Positions 53,001 through 64,000 of a stretch of DNA of 64,000 nucleotides are shown piece after piece (the first letter of the stretch is position 1; every line of letters starts with the position of its first letter). The stretch comes from Marsupella aquatica (Eukaryota > Plantae > Marchantiophyta). The notes beneath the pieces were generated by a model, which saw only the letters and a program-made list of their open reading frames with translations, had not been told where the DNA came from and did no database searches. Made by a program: the position numbers and the translations under genes. The stretch is from the NCBI GenBank assembly GCA_973895155.1, contig OZ316898.1:18239292-18303291 (forward strand), read 5' to 3'.

Positions 53001-56000
53001 CACATATTCATCATGATCCTTTCCATCTTCCTTTTCATTATGTGGCGCCTTTCACATATTAACAATATCACAATATTAGGTAAGTTAATTGCTCACTCCT
53101 TGGGGTTTAACACGAAGCCCTGATATGCATTACTAATATAATGAACAACTGTTTTATTAGTCATGGTTAGTACTGTTGTTGAAATATTTGTAAAGAGGGA
53201 AGTTTTCACTGCTATGTGAGGTATGTTCTAGCAAGTGAGTCAATAATGATGTTGTGATCGAAAGTAATTTTCAAAGCTGGTTAGATGGATCTAATAAAAT
53301 TGAAGGGAGACAGTTTCTGATCAAAATCTAAGTAGATGTTACTTAGAAGTTATCTTAAAGTTACTTAAACTTCTTTGATGCAAAAATCAGATCATTCTAC
53401 ATCTCCAGTAGAAGAACATTTGATGGAGACAATACTGATTTATAGTAGTGACGTGTTTACACTTACAAAATTCAGCTATTGGCTGGTTTATGCAATTTTT
53501 GTTTAGTAAACACAAATCATGGAATGCTTGATATCGCAGATTTTGATGTCCCAACCCTTGAGATAGCACCTGGTGTTGAAGGGACAACTAGCAGCTCAAG
53601 CCCTACAGCTACAACAAGGATTGAGGAGGACGAGGTGGAAGATACTACCAACGATCCTGCCAGTCCTTCAAGTGTTGCAGTGGTTGAGGACCCCTTGCTG
53701 AAGACTTTCATGCCCTCTCAGCCAGCAGGTAGGTTTAGTGAAGTTATTTTGCTATTGCACAAGGATGTGTTATTTGAGTCTTATGAGCCCGCTCTTGAAT
53801 AATATGGATGTGTTCTCATGCATAACTATTGTGAAGTTTCTGGAGGTTTAGGGCTTAGTGAGCTGTTCTTAGAGCCCTTTAATTGGGCACACCAAACAGC
53901 CCTGCCATTGAGGAGATTTACCAAGCCAGAGAGGCACCTGTGCATCAGGGGTCTTGAAATGGACTTAGGGTTCCCCACCTGTCCCCAAAACCCTCAGCCG
54001 CAGTCCTCACCAGGAGAAAAGCAAGTACACTCAACAGTTTATTCACTGTTGGGTCTGAGCTAGCCTAAACATTACTTTGAGCTAGCTTGTCCTGAAATGC
54101 TAGCAAGTCCAAGTCATGAGGTAACAATGTGAACAGTGAGATTAGAGTGGGATGTCTTGTGAATTTGATGATTCCTGATTTTAAAAACTTAGAATTAGTT
54201 GATTCATCAATATCTGAAGAATCTGTATATGTATCTGCATAGGATTGTAAGTTGATTTGTCTCCTATAAGTACTCTTCTCAGCATTGATCGGCTTAAAAC
54301 TGTCAACCACCAGCTTATTCCTACATTTCATGCCCATCACTTGCTTGAATTTCAAGACCTGCAGTTGAGAAAAATTAACCATTGAGACTTTGAGGGAACA
54401 ACGACACAAGTGCCTGCCCAACACTTTTTCGTTTGCACCTGGTTTTAGTGATAATCTGGGGAAGAATGTTTCGCACCCTGTGAAGTACCCAATGTTTTCT
54501 GGGCTAAGGGTCGTGCAAGTAAGTGGAGGAGAATTTAATTCCACAGCCCAAAGAATTGGGGCGCATGACAAAAGTAAGTCTTGCAAGAGCGCTTTGAGTT
54601 TCAGATTGCAAACCAAGTAGTTGACCATTACCGAAATGGGATAGCTCGAATTGCTGAAGAGCAGGCCGTGGATGTTGTGCTCGCAGGGGCAGAGCTTGAT
54701 CAAGAGAAATGTCTTGGTCCAGGTCTGGGAGATCTCCCACAACGTTGCATAGAATCCATTCTCCGCCTGACAACACCAAGGGATGTGGCGAGATTGGCCT
54801 GTGTGAATCGGCTTTTCTATGCTGCATCATTCTCTGATTTGGTATGGGAAACAATGCTGCCACCTTCTTATTCTGACACTCTGGACGAGGCTCAAAGTGT
54901 ACTTCCAAGAACTTGTTCAAAGAAGGAGATTTACGACTTTTTGTGCAACCGAGTTATTCTCCAAAATGGCACCTGTGAGTATTGGCTGGACAGGGCAACT
55001 GGAGGAATCTGTCAAATCATTGGGGGCCGAGGATTGAATATTGCTTTGGGAAATGATAGACGATATTGGGATTGGGACCGTAGTCGACGAGGGGCCAGGT
55101 CCATTAAAGTGGCCTATCTCAAAGAAGTCTGGTGGCTTCACATCTCAGGCAGATGGGAGTGCTCCCTCTCGCCTGGAACTTACACTCTGTCCTGGAGAAT
55201 CTTCCATCAATTCACTGAAAATGTTGGGCCTGTGAGACTCTCTTTGGAGGCTACTGGTAATGCAGCAGTTGAAACCGCTTTTGATTTCACACCGGAGGGT
55301 GCAGAGCCCTTGAAGAATCTGCTTGCAGGACAGCAACAATCATTTGTTTGCAGATGGGACCAGGACAACTGGATGGAGCTTGATGTTGGAGAGTTTATTG
55401 TTCAAGACAAAGGTTCGCCAGTCTTGATCATGTTTTCTATGCAGGAGACTACGAAATATAAGAAAGACCTGTATCTCGACGGCGTTATGATTCGTCCCTC
55501 TTATCTCATAGCAAATGAGAGATCTAGATACAGCAGGCATGAGGCCGGTTCATCAACAAGAGGTACCCGAAGAAGTTTTAAGAGAAGGACAATGAGTACT
55601 GTTTTTGAATGGTTGTGTTTCACGAATAGGGTCCAAATGTCCAACTATACACAATTGCTTTTGTCATCTCTCAAAATCGCTTGTTGAGTTTCTCATATTG
55701 GTTGTTGTTCTTGTCTGCAGATACCCTCAAACCCATATTTGGTCGTTCTACTTCTGGCTCTGGCAAACCACATTGGGAAAATGAACAGGTAAGCTGTCTC
55801 CAGCTTTGACTATAAGTTGCCAGTGCACAGAATTGAGAGTCGTGATGTGCATCGCAGCCTCTTAAGGGGTTACAACCAGTAGCATGAAGCTTTGAACGAT
55901 CAACGATTGTGGCGACAGTTCCAAGGGAGATGTTTTGCAGACGTTCTGTTTTTTCTAACCCAATTTTCGATACCGAATTATCATAGTGATGTTATTTGGC

Positions 56001-58813
56001 TCCTCATGAACAAACAGATGGAAGAAATGCAAGAGAACTTCCAGTATTTGCCCAAGCAAATAGTGGGGATTGATCACATCTTGGAGGAAGTCAAAAACAA
56101 GCTTCAGGAGGTGACTAGCTTGGGTCTGGTGGGCATGGGAGGGATTGGGAAGACTACACTTGCCAAGGCCTTATTCAATACCTTGCAGAGTCATTTCGAA
56201 TTTACTTTCTTCCTTGAGAACGTGAGTAACATCAGAGATTGGGTTGCGGATGCCATGCAACAACAGATAATTACGGGGAAGCAGTTTGCAGGGACTGAAG
56301 ATCTGGTGAGATTTTTGAGAGGAAAACGATTGTTACTAGTAATAGATGATGCGGTTTCAGATCTTGATATACTGCTAACATTGATCGATGTTGTTCACCA
56401 AGACAGTAGGTTCATTGTAACGTCCAGAGACCCCGAACTGTTATCTCTTACGAACGTTTTCGATGAAATCTATCATGTTCCATTCCTAAGCCCACAAAAT
56501 TCGGAACTACTGTTCACGACCTACGCTTTTGGGGAAGACGAAACAATTCCTCCTCCAATGCAAACATATGTAGACATGGTTGTGGAGAAGTGCGAAGGCT
56601 TGCCCCTGTCTTTAGAAGTCATAGGCAAGTACCTCCGGCGTCAACCTGAGTCGATTTGGGTTGAAGCTATAAAGGTCCTGGACAGGGAGAAGAACGTGGC
56701 CGGCTTGAATGATAAATTGTGGGCGAAGCTTAGGCTGAGTTATGATGGACTGGACGAAATTGAGCAGAACATGTTTCTCGATGCTGCAACAATATTCTAC
56801 AATGAGGACATAGTGAATGCAAATGCAGCCTGGAGCATCATCATGAATGGATACGAACCCATGCCCTGGCAACATCTGCTGGACTTGTCGTTGGTGAGGG
56901 AATTGAAATTGAAGTATCTCAGCAAATGCAATGTACGAGTTGGCATGCATGAGGTGCTTACGGGGCTCGGGAGGAAGATAGCTTCGACTCTTCCTGCGGA
57001 ACATGGCATCAGGATATGGGATAAAGACGTTGCAATGTCCCTGTTGACAAGAAAGAACTCCAGTGAGGATGATGTGAAGGTGATTATTCTGGCCCTCAAG
57101 TTTGAGAATGGTTTACAAGTACAGTACAGGGTTGTGCATTCAGTTTGCTCGTCAAACGTATTGAGTCTCCCTAATTCATTCATTCCTAGCCTACAGAACG
57201 ATTCATGTGGCAAGGTCCACTCTGACACTGACACTAAAGAGCTAGAAGCGGCACCTCGGTTGTTTGGATTTTCAGGACATTGTTGCTTTGAAACTGGATT
57301 ACGATCACAGAGAGGAGATCATCAGCGGAGACGAGACGGTGAGATGCCTAAACTTAATTTGGAGCGACGTGACTCATTTCCGTCAGTATTGTTAATGTGC
57401 TGTCGTTGAACCCTGACTCGAAGCCAATGCCACACCTTCATCCCAATCACCACCACCTGTGGCTAGATGTACCTCTAAAAATTCATTCGAAACCTCTCCT
57501 CACCATGTAGCTACCTTAGGGACTAATCTGTTGGTGCTATGGATGTGCTTCAGCAGGTCATGGCCAATACACGGCTCAGCGTTGTGGGCAGCACTCTGTA
57601 CAGAATGAGAAAACTGCGGTACTTGTCGTTGCGAAACATAAACATTGATGATGGTGTCACATTGCCGTCCACCCTTCTTTACCTTTCATTGGACGGTGTA
57701 AACTTCAGTGATCTCGTTTTCGATCCAGGGAACTATTACCAGATGGCTGTTCTGAGTCTGGTTAACTGTACTGGACTTAAAAATCTACCTACTATGTTTG
57801 GGGAACTCTGTTCTCTTCAGGTGCTATCTATTTGTAAAAATGCTGATTTGGAGAGCTTGCCTGATTCGTTCGGGAATTTACATGAACTAAACCGTCTGAC
57901 GATTGAAGACTGCATGGCTTTAGGGGAGCTCCCGGAGTCAATTGGCGGTCTGATAGGTTTAAGAAGCTTGAAGCTGAAGGAGTGCCATGCTCACTTGCCA
58001 GATTCATTGTGGTACCTACCGAGGCTCAGCACGTTGGAAATCGTTGACTGCTCTCTTCGTGAGCTCCCAGACACGATTGGCGATTCAATGTTTCGTTTAG
58101 AAACTTTAAGACTGAGAGACTGCAGTGCTCTGTCAGTCTTGCCAGATTCTTTTGGGAGGCTCCGGACGCTTCATAAGTTGGAAATTGTGCACTGCTCTCT
58201 TCGTGAGCTGCCTGATACATTTGGCAGGTTAGTATCTTTAGAAAGTTTAAGTCTTCGTCACTGCACTGCACTGTCCGTCTTGCCGGATTCGTTTGGGGGC
58301 TTAGTGGGGCTTAAGAAGTTGGAAATAGAAAACTGCTCTCTTCATCGGCTACCAGAAACCTTTGGTGCTTTGACAGCTCTAGAGAGTTTGAGCATTCGTG
58401 AATGCAAAGCCCTGTCAGTCTTGCCTATTTCGTTTGGGAGCCTGCCAAAGCTTAGGAGGTTGGAAATTGCGGGATGTCATCATCTTCAACAGCTCCCGGA
58501 TTCTTTCCTGGAACTAAAAACGCTGGAACACCTCAGCCTAAAGCAGACAACTTTGCAAAACATTCCCAACCTGGACAATCTAAAATCACTAAAAACTCTT
58601 GCATTAAGTTGGGTTGCAGAACCAAAACTGTCATGCCCAACATTACCGACTTGTTTAGGGGAAGTGATCACAGCAACGAGCTTTGATCAAAGAGACTTCA
58701 CCTTCAGTGTCTTGGATGGAGAATTCATCTATAGCGGATTGCCTGACGTTGGGAATGGGGCTCCGCAGCAGAGTTGGAATTGCAGTACTGAGCTGAGACG
58801 ACGGAGGAGGTAA
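50069..58813 (+). CDS. Gene B: predicted ~1721-aa NLR with shared TM module + F-box + PP2 lectin + NB-ARC + LRR; exons 50069-51029, 51430-51525, 52028-52134, 52373-52550, 52771-53079, 53540-53728, 54687-55562, 55721-55788, 56018-57079, 57276-57338, 57557-58813
   Basis: Eleven GT/AG exons join without a stop (5166 nt). F-box LGDLPQRCIESILRLTTPRDVARLACVNRLF; PP2 GNDRRYWDW..VAYLKEVWWLHI..WMELDVGEF; P-loop GMGGIGKT, Walker B LLVIDD, SRFIVTSRD, CEGLPL, MHE; about 11 LRRs of the LxxLPxSFGxL type. Individual domains are high confidence; a single transcript is less certain, especially across 53728-54687. Confidence 0.7.
54687..55562 (+). CDS. F-box/PP2 (phloem protein 2-like) exon
   Basis: F-box followed by PP2 lectin motifs as in plant PP2-A/B F-box proteins. 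Confidence 0.9.
56018..58813 (+). CDS. NB-ARC-LRR portion of the NLR
   Basis: Full set of NB-ARC motifs, linker exon DIVALKL, LRR exon with 23-24-aa repeats. Confidence 0.95.
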
Positions 58814-59471
58814 ACGAGATTTTGATGTGCCGCTGTATTCGCTACCCTTGCCCATGGAGAATGGTTTTCCCAGCCTGAAACGGAGGCAACTACTATACTG
58901 GCTTCCCGGGACGTGAGTTTCCCCAGAGAGTGTGGCTAGGCTGGCAGTGAAATTTTCGTCACGAATGGCACTTGACGAGGCATGCCTTCACAAGTTTGGG
59001 TGGCCAAGCGGTCGGGTCCGGAGTGGGAAAGATCCCTTGGAGCTTTTCGAATGGAGGCCACGCACAAGAGAGTTTTGTACTTTGTTGGAATGGTTGCATC
59101 CATGGTGGAGGTTGACTCCAACTGAGTAATCTTGGCGGGTTGTTGTTTCAGGTCCCGACACAGACCCATTAGTTGTTTCTGTGAGTTCTCCACCACTTCG
59201 AGGGAGAGAGGCAACTGCATTTAGATTTATCACCTTGCTATTGTTGTAAGCCTGACCGAGCTTCAAACAAGGAGAATGCGAACCTCGAGACTGTATGATG
59301 CGATTTGATGATCTTGTGGTTATCCGGTGACGATGTTGTGTTTTGTCATGATTGTGGGTGGACAGCCTTCCACAGGAATTTGTTGCTTTTGGAGCTATAA
59401 TTTTACTCTGGATTGCAACTAACTACCGAGAACAGTGCAAGGGCACGTCAGATCGAGCGAATTCTAAGAAG

Positions 59472-59675
59472 ATGTGCATTCCACTAAGTGCGCTTCTTGG
59501 GGGAGGATCGGAGGAAGCACCAACTAGTCACCATCACCGGCACAACCACTCGTATGAAGATGATTGCATTGCAGACTACATCTGCTGTCCCTGTAACTTT
59601 CTCTGCTATATACTTTTAGCCATTGATGAGTATCTCAGTTGCTGGGAGTTGTTGAATCTCAAAGCCCTTCGATAG
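59472..59675 (+). CDS. Putative small His/Cys-rich membrane peptide (CYSTM-like), 67 aa
   Basis: MCIPL..HHHRHNH..CIADYICCPCNFLCYILLAIDEYLSCW; based on composition only. Confidence 0.3.
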   Translation: MCIPLSALLGGGSEEAPTSHHHRHNHSYEDDCIADYICCPCNFLCYILLAIDEYLSCWELLNLKALR

Positions 59676-59691
59676 CCACAAAATTCTTACC

Positions 59692-60021
59692 ATGGTGGCT
59701 CTGCGAGTTCTCTTCCTGACAATCTTGATGGTTCAAGTAGTCGCCCAAGACTGCTGGCTTCCAGATCTGCCCCGTCTCTATATGGACCTCTTTCTCCTCT
59801 CCCCTCCCGACTACTCAGCAGTTTCTCTTCGACGCGCCACGCTCCCGGATTATGCGAGATCGAGCGGCACTGCTGGGAATGCGAATGAAGACGACACGTT
59901 CTCTAGTCTCGTTGCAGAGACTGAAGCTCCGACACCCATTCCGCTGTATGTGAGGAGAAGTTTGGTACAAGCTCTAGCAGGGAATTGCCATTACGGATCG
60001 ACGATCTTTGTGGACATCTAA
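59692..60021 (+). CDS. Putative small secreted protein, 109 aa
   Basis: CCATGG start context; signal-peptide-like MVALRVLFLTILMVQVVAQ; the frame stays open for 39 codons after the TAA. Confidence 0.35.
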   Translation: MVALRVLFLTILMVQVVAQDCWLPDLPRLYMDLFLLSPPDYSAVSLRRATLPDYARSSGTAGNANEDDTFSSLVAETEAPTPIPLYVRRSLVQALAGNCHYGSTIFVDI

Positions 60022-62141
60022 CGACGTCTTGGTCTAACGCCGGAGGTGGAGGTTTCCATCGATCATTCTGCAACTTCGAAGCAAGAACTCGTCACAGGAC
60101 TCAAATGGGCAGGCATACGAGGACCGGAGTCTTTTTTGTAAATACAATTGGTTTGCGAGTTCAAGTTTAAGGTACGTTCCGATTGCACTTTCTACAGGAC
60201 GCCAAGGTAAAACATCGGCCTGCGCACTAGAGCTCACCCAGGCGTCTCTGATTAGGGAAGAATTTGGTTTGTGCTCGGTCTGGCCGGCAGTTTCAGGGTA
60301 GTTGCGAGTTGGTGGTTGCACTCCATCCAGGAGCCGAAAATTGTGATTGAAATCATTTACTCCATCTTGTTCCTAAGCACTGAATGAAGCGAAACAATCT
60401 CCTCTGGTTCCCCCGAACATGAGAATCAAATGGGAGAGTTACGATTGGTGGTTGCACTCATGTAGGAGCTGACGAATTGTGTTCGAGATGATATACTCCA
60501 TCTTGTTCCCGACTGGCTCACACGAACATGTCTCCCGACTGGCTCACACGAACATAAAAACCAAATACAGACGTCTCACTTCCGTTGAGCAAAAGAGGAA
60601 GCTCCAATCTGCATTTTTGTTGGGGGCACTGGTTTTCCCTTCGATTCCTTTGTTGGTACACACAATTCTACATTCACACGCATCAGCAGACAAGTAGCTG
60701 GCATGCTTTTAACTCTGTACCTATGGTGGGTTTGTACTTCATAAATTGAGAATTCCACAACTGGGCCGAAGTTTTCAAGAATTGTTCATTCATGTTTTCA
60801 AGAATTGTAAATACAAACCCCAGAAGCTCCACTCCGCCAGCCATAGCTGAGAGAGGGACCGTTGGTTGGTATCGGAATGTACGATATTCGCGTTCTCACG
60901 GAAGATATGTTTTGAAGGAAATTGGTGGGTGGTCCTCGAGTATTGTTTTCAAGGTCCGTAGTTGCTACTGGTTTTCTTCTTTGCAGGCTTCGCGTTATTT
61001 GGGGTTGAGTATTCCCCCTTGTGGAGTAGGGTGACCAATAGATGGAATTGCTTCTAGTAAACAGTTTCCACATAAATATCACGAATTCCTTTCTAGTATG
61101 ATCTATGCTATCTATCAAACGAAAGTGAAGGACCCTTCAGGGGACTGAACTAGCCTTGAATGTAAGATGCTCATTTCCCTTGTTTAATATATAGCTGATT
61201 CATGACAGCTTGTGACTATGGTTTGTTTAGAATATAGGCCTGTCCATTATGAAAGTTATACCCATACTCATGAAGAATATGGAAGTTCCAGTGCACCCAA
61301 CATTCATTCAATGAAAACGTTGGGTCGATCATCAAAACCTCATTGATGCTTCTGCATGCCAGTAAAAATTGAAATTTGTTTCCATTGTCCGGAACTCCTT
61401 GATTGTGCATTTGCATTGGGCCATGGCGCGAATTTCCTGTCATGGTACTGGAGTGATTGAGGTCCAATTTAAGCTAATGTCTCTGTCTAAGAGGTGAGTT
61501 TTCTCTGGAGTGACTTGTCTGTCGGATGGTGATTGCCGAAAGGAGAACGCCTCCAAAGATTACCGTCCAGAGAGAGTAAAGGTGACAGTTGAGACCAGCC
61601 AGTTTAATATGTCGCTAGAAGACATTCTCTGCTGTAGGTGTTTCCAGCTCAATTGAAAGTCTCTGGAGATGCATGACGTAACCCAAATGTCTTCAGATTG
61701 AAGGCAAGCTCTCTTTCCAAACGGGAGAAAGGAAAGAGAAAAGATAGACTACAGACTCATCCAATTTATTTGTGAAGAGTTAATTATCCATCCCTCTCTA
61801 TGTCTGGCCAAATAAGTATTGCTTCACCCGTTTGTCACTGGTGCTTCATTTGCCTTTCGAATGATGCATGTACCGATCCGTCCGGGGAAGTAGAGGATAG
61901 CTCTGTCCAGGTTACTGGAACAACCGTAAGGTCTGTAGTTTTCTCTAAACTCCGTGGGCAGAGCGGATAATTGTTGAACTGGCCGACTTGGATATATGGT
62001 GACGATCTGGAACATCCGTTCCGCCCAGGGATTTTGAGTCGACGAATCCAAGTTGGACAGTCTTTTCAGATTCTCAGATCGACATAGAAGCTTACATCTA
62101 TGCATTGTTGACAGCTTGCATGACGATCGTCATAATGTGCC

Positions 62142-64000
62142 CTATCCGGCCAATTCAGCAATACGGTTTGCCCAGGGATTCACGCCAAGGTGCTCCAAGG
62201 GTCGGTCAGTTTCATTTCTGAGGCGAATGACCTCCGGAGAAGAGAGAGACTGGTGTTGGAATCCCATGAACGCCAACACCTGGTTGTCGGCGAAGTTCAA
62301 AGCTCTGTCGATGCCCTTCATGCAGGTCTTGGCCCCTGGAGTGTCGTCATCGGAGTGATGGCAAGGACCGCAGCCGGTGAAGTGTGTGATCCATGGCCAG
62401 CGGTGGTTCCCCAGCCCCGGATGATATTTCTCCATGAGTTCTTCAAAAGTGTCCACAATCGGAACCCACCATCCGCTGATCATGTATTCGGGCGAGTCCA
62501 CGAGCTTTACCTTCGCCTTGACAGCCTTATCGGTGATCATCAGATACGCAAGAGCGGACTGGTCATCGGCCGACCACTCGTTCCTGCCTTTGAGAACTCC
62601 TGACAAAACTTGGCCGTATGCATCTCTAGCTGGGCCCCGAGGTCCCATGGGGGACCACTTGTCAATCAGATCGAGGGTCCATTGACAGTTCCGGATCATG
62701 AAGACGCCAGCATTGTAAGAGGTCCAATGTTTTTCCTCGTAAAAGTAATCGTTGATACCCCACATGATCATGTTGTAGCCATCATAGGTCTTCCAAGGGG
62801 CTTCGAAGATCATGTCTGTGAAAATCGCATCGCTGTCGAGCCAGAAGAACCATTCGATCTCTGGATGAGCAAGCATGAGCGTCCGGATCGTTGGGAGCTT
62901 GACCCAGAAGCTGTCAAACAAAGGATCCAGCCAAACGAGATTGTAGTAGATCTCGTAGTCGTGCATCCGGGCGTAGTCCATCTTGAGCTTAAGAGATTTG
63001 ATGTGAAAACTGTCTCCCTGAGAACCATGGCATGGTCCCGGCTGGGATCCTGTCACGATGAGAACCCGTGGCTTTCCTTCTGGTGTTGTTCTCATTTTGG
63101 GGTTCGCACTCAACCAGCGTTCACGCTGCACATCCCAATCTTTTATGGTTGGACCGAGTAAGTAGGGCTCAGGGAAGACGAAAGGTTCGTCCTTCTTCTC
63201 CTCCTCCGCAGCGTTTTTTTGCACTTCAGCTGAATTCTCGTTCTGCCTCTGCTGCTGCTCCTTCTCAGTCTTTGCTTCCTCCGTCTCCTCGATTTTTCCG
63301 TCATTGGACACCTGTGGCTCCTCTTGAGATTCCCGTTTCTCTTTTAATATCTTTTGCTCATTCAACTCCTGCGCAGCGATCTTCAACTTCTCTACGTCCT
63401 CATGCTCATTCTCGTGGTCCCTTTCCTTGTGTCCCTGTAAGTGCAAACTTTGTTATTGATCAGATAAGAGGTGTCAAGAATTAAATTTCTCCCAAAAATA
63501 TTAGCAATCATCTTATCCTAGTGCAGGTTCAAGCAATGGGCGGGACGTTGCAAAAATAACTGAATCGGACTCTACGGATCAATTACATAGACGGATCGAA
63601 GATTAGTAGAGGTTGTTTGAAATTCGAGCCCCGTTTCGTAGTTTCTCGAGAAAGCAGACTTTTGACTCGTTACTGTCGTGTCCTCAGAAGTCACTACAGT
63701 AATTAAGGATCATTCTAGAGCTGAGATGTACGCACGTATTTTTTTTTTCGGACATTCCATTCATACAGATGGATGATCCCATCCTTAATTACAAATTCCT
63801 TACCTGCATGAGATTACGGGAAGCGAATTGCTCATGGTTGAGTAGTTGTCGATACCCGGCTATGGATCCTTCAAGTTTCGTCGTGTCTGGAGTCATCCTT
63901 CTCCCGTTATAATAATGCGTAGTCGCTGCATCGGTGGGAACCGCGTTGAGCTGGCTGAGGACTGTGCAGACCAGCAATCCGATCTGCAAGATGTTGTGGC
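62142..64000 (-). CDS. GT34-family glycosyltransferase (xyloglucan xylosyltransferase/galactomannan galactosyltransferase-like); exons >64000-63804 and 63434-62142, start outside the window
   Basis: PYLLGPTIKDWD, RVLIVTGSQPGPC, KMDYARMH, HPEIEWFFWLDSDAIFTDM (DxD), DDQSAL, WPWITHFTGC, RALNFADNQVL. Confidence 0.95.

Noticed and set aside
54065-54742. 225-aa minus-strand ORF in the gene B intron
   Set aside because: No recognisable motifs, starts at a non-ATG codon and overlaps the F-box exon antisense.

Overview
Eukaryotic, intron-rich land-plant DNA, most likely a liverwort (inferred from the SERAC1-like alpha/beta-hydrolase and the NLR style). The main feature is a head-to-head pair of related genes that share an N-terminal module I do not recognise (TM segment, ~205-aa beta-rich domain, second TM region, S/T/P linker). 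Three of the module's internal exons are the same length in both genes (96/107/178 nt). Gene A (minus strand, from 13757) is followed by a SERAC1-like alpha/beta-hydrolase and can be spliced in frame to it. Gene B (plus strand, 50069-58813) assembles by hand into an ~1721-aa protein: module + F-box + PP2 lectin + NB-ARC + LRR. The pair was duplicated ~35 kb apart, and each copy lost the opposite partner. The window also holds a very young Ty1/copia element with an antisense RNase H1 hybrid-binding-domain ORF, and a decayed Ty3/gypsy element encoding a C5 DNA methyltransferase and a PHD finger, with no recognisable LTR pair. Other content: an intact RPL11 gene, a GT34 glycosyltransferase, PRP16-like and CCR-like gene fragments, non-autonomous Helitrons and nested MITEs. 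All exon models are manual predictions without transcript support.
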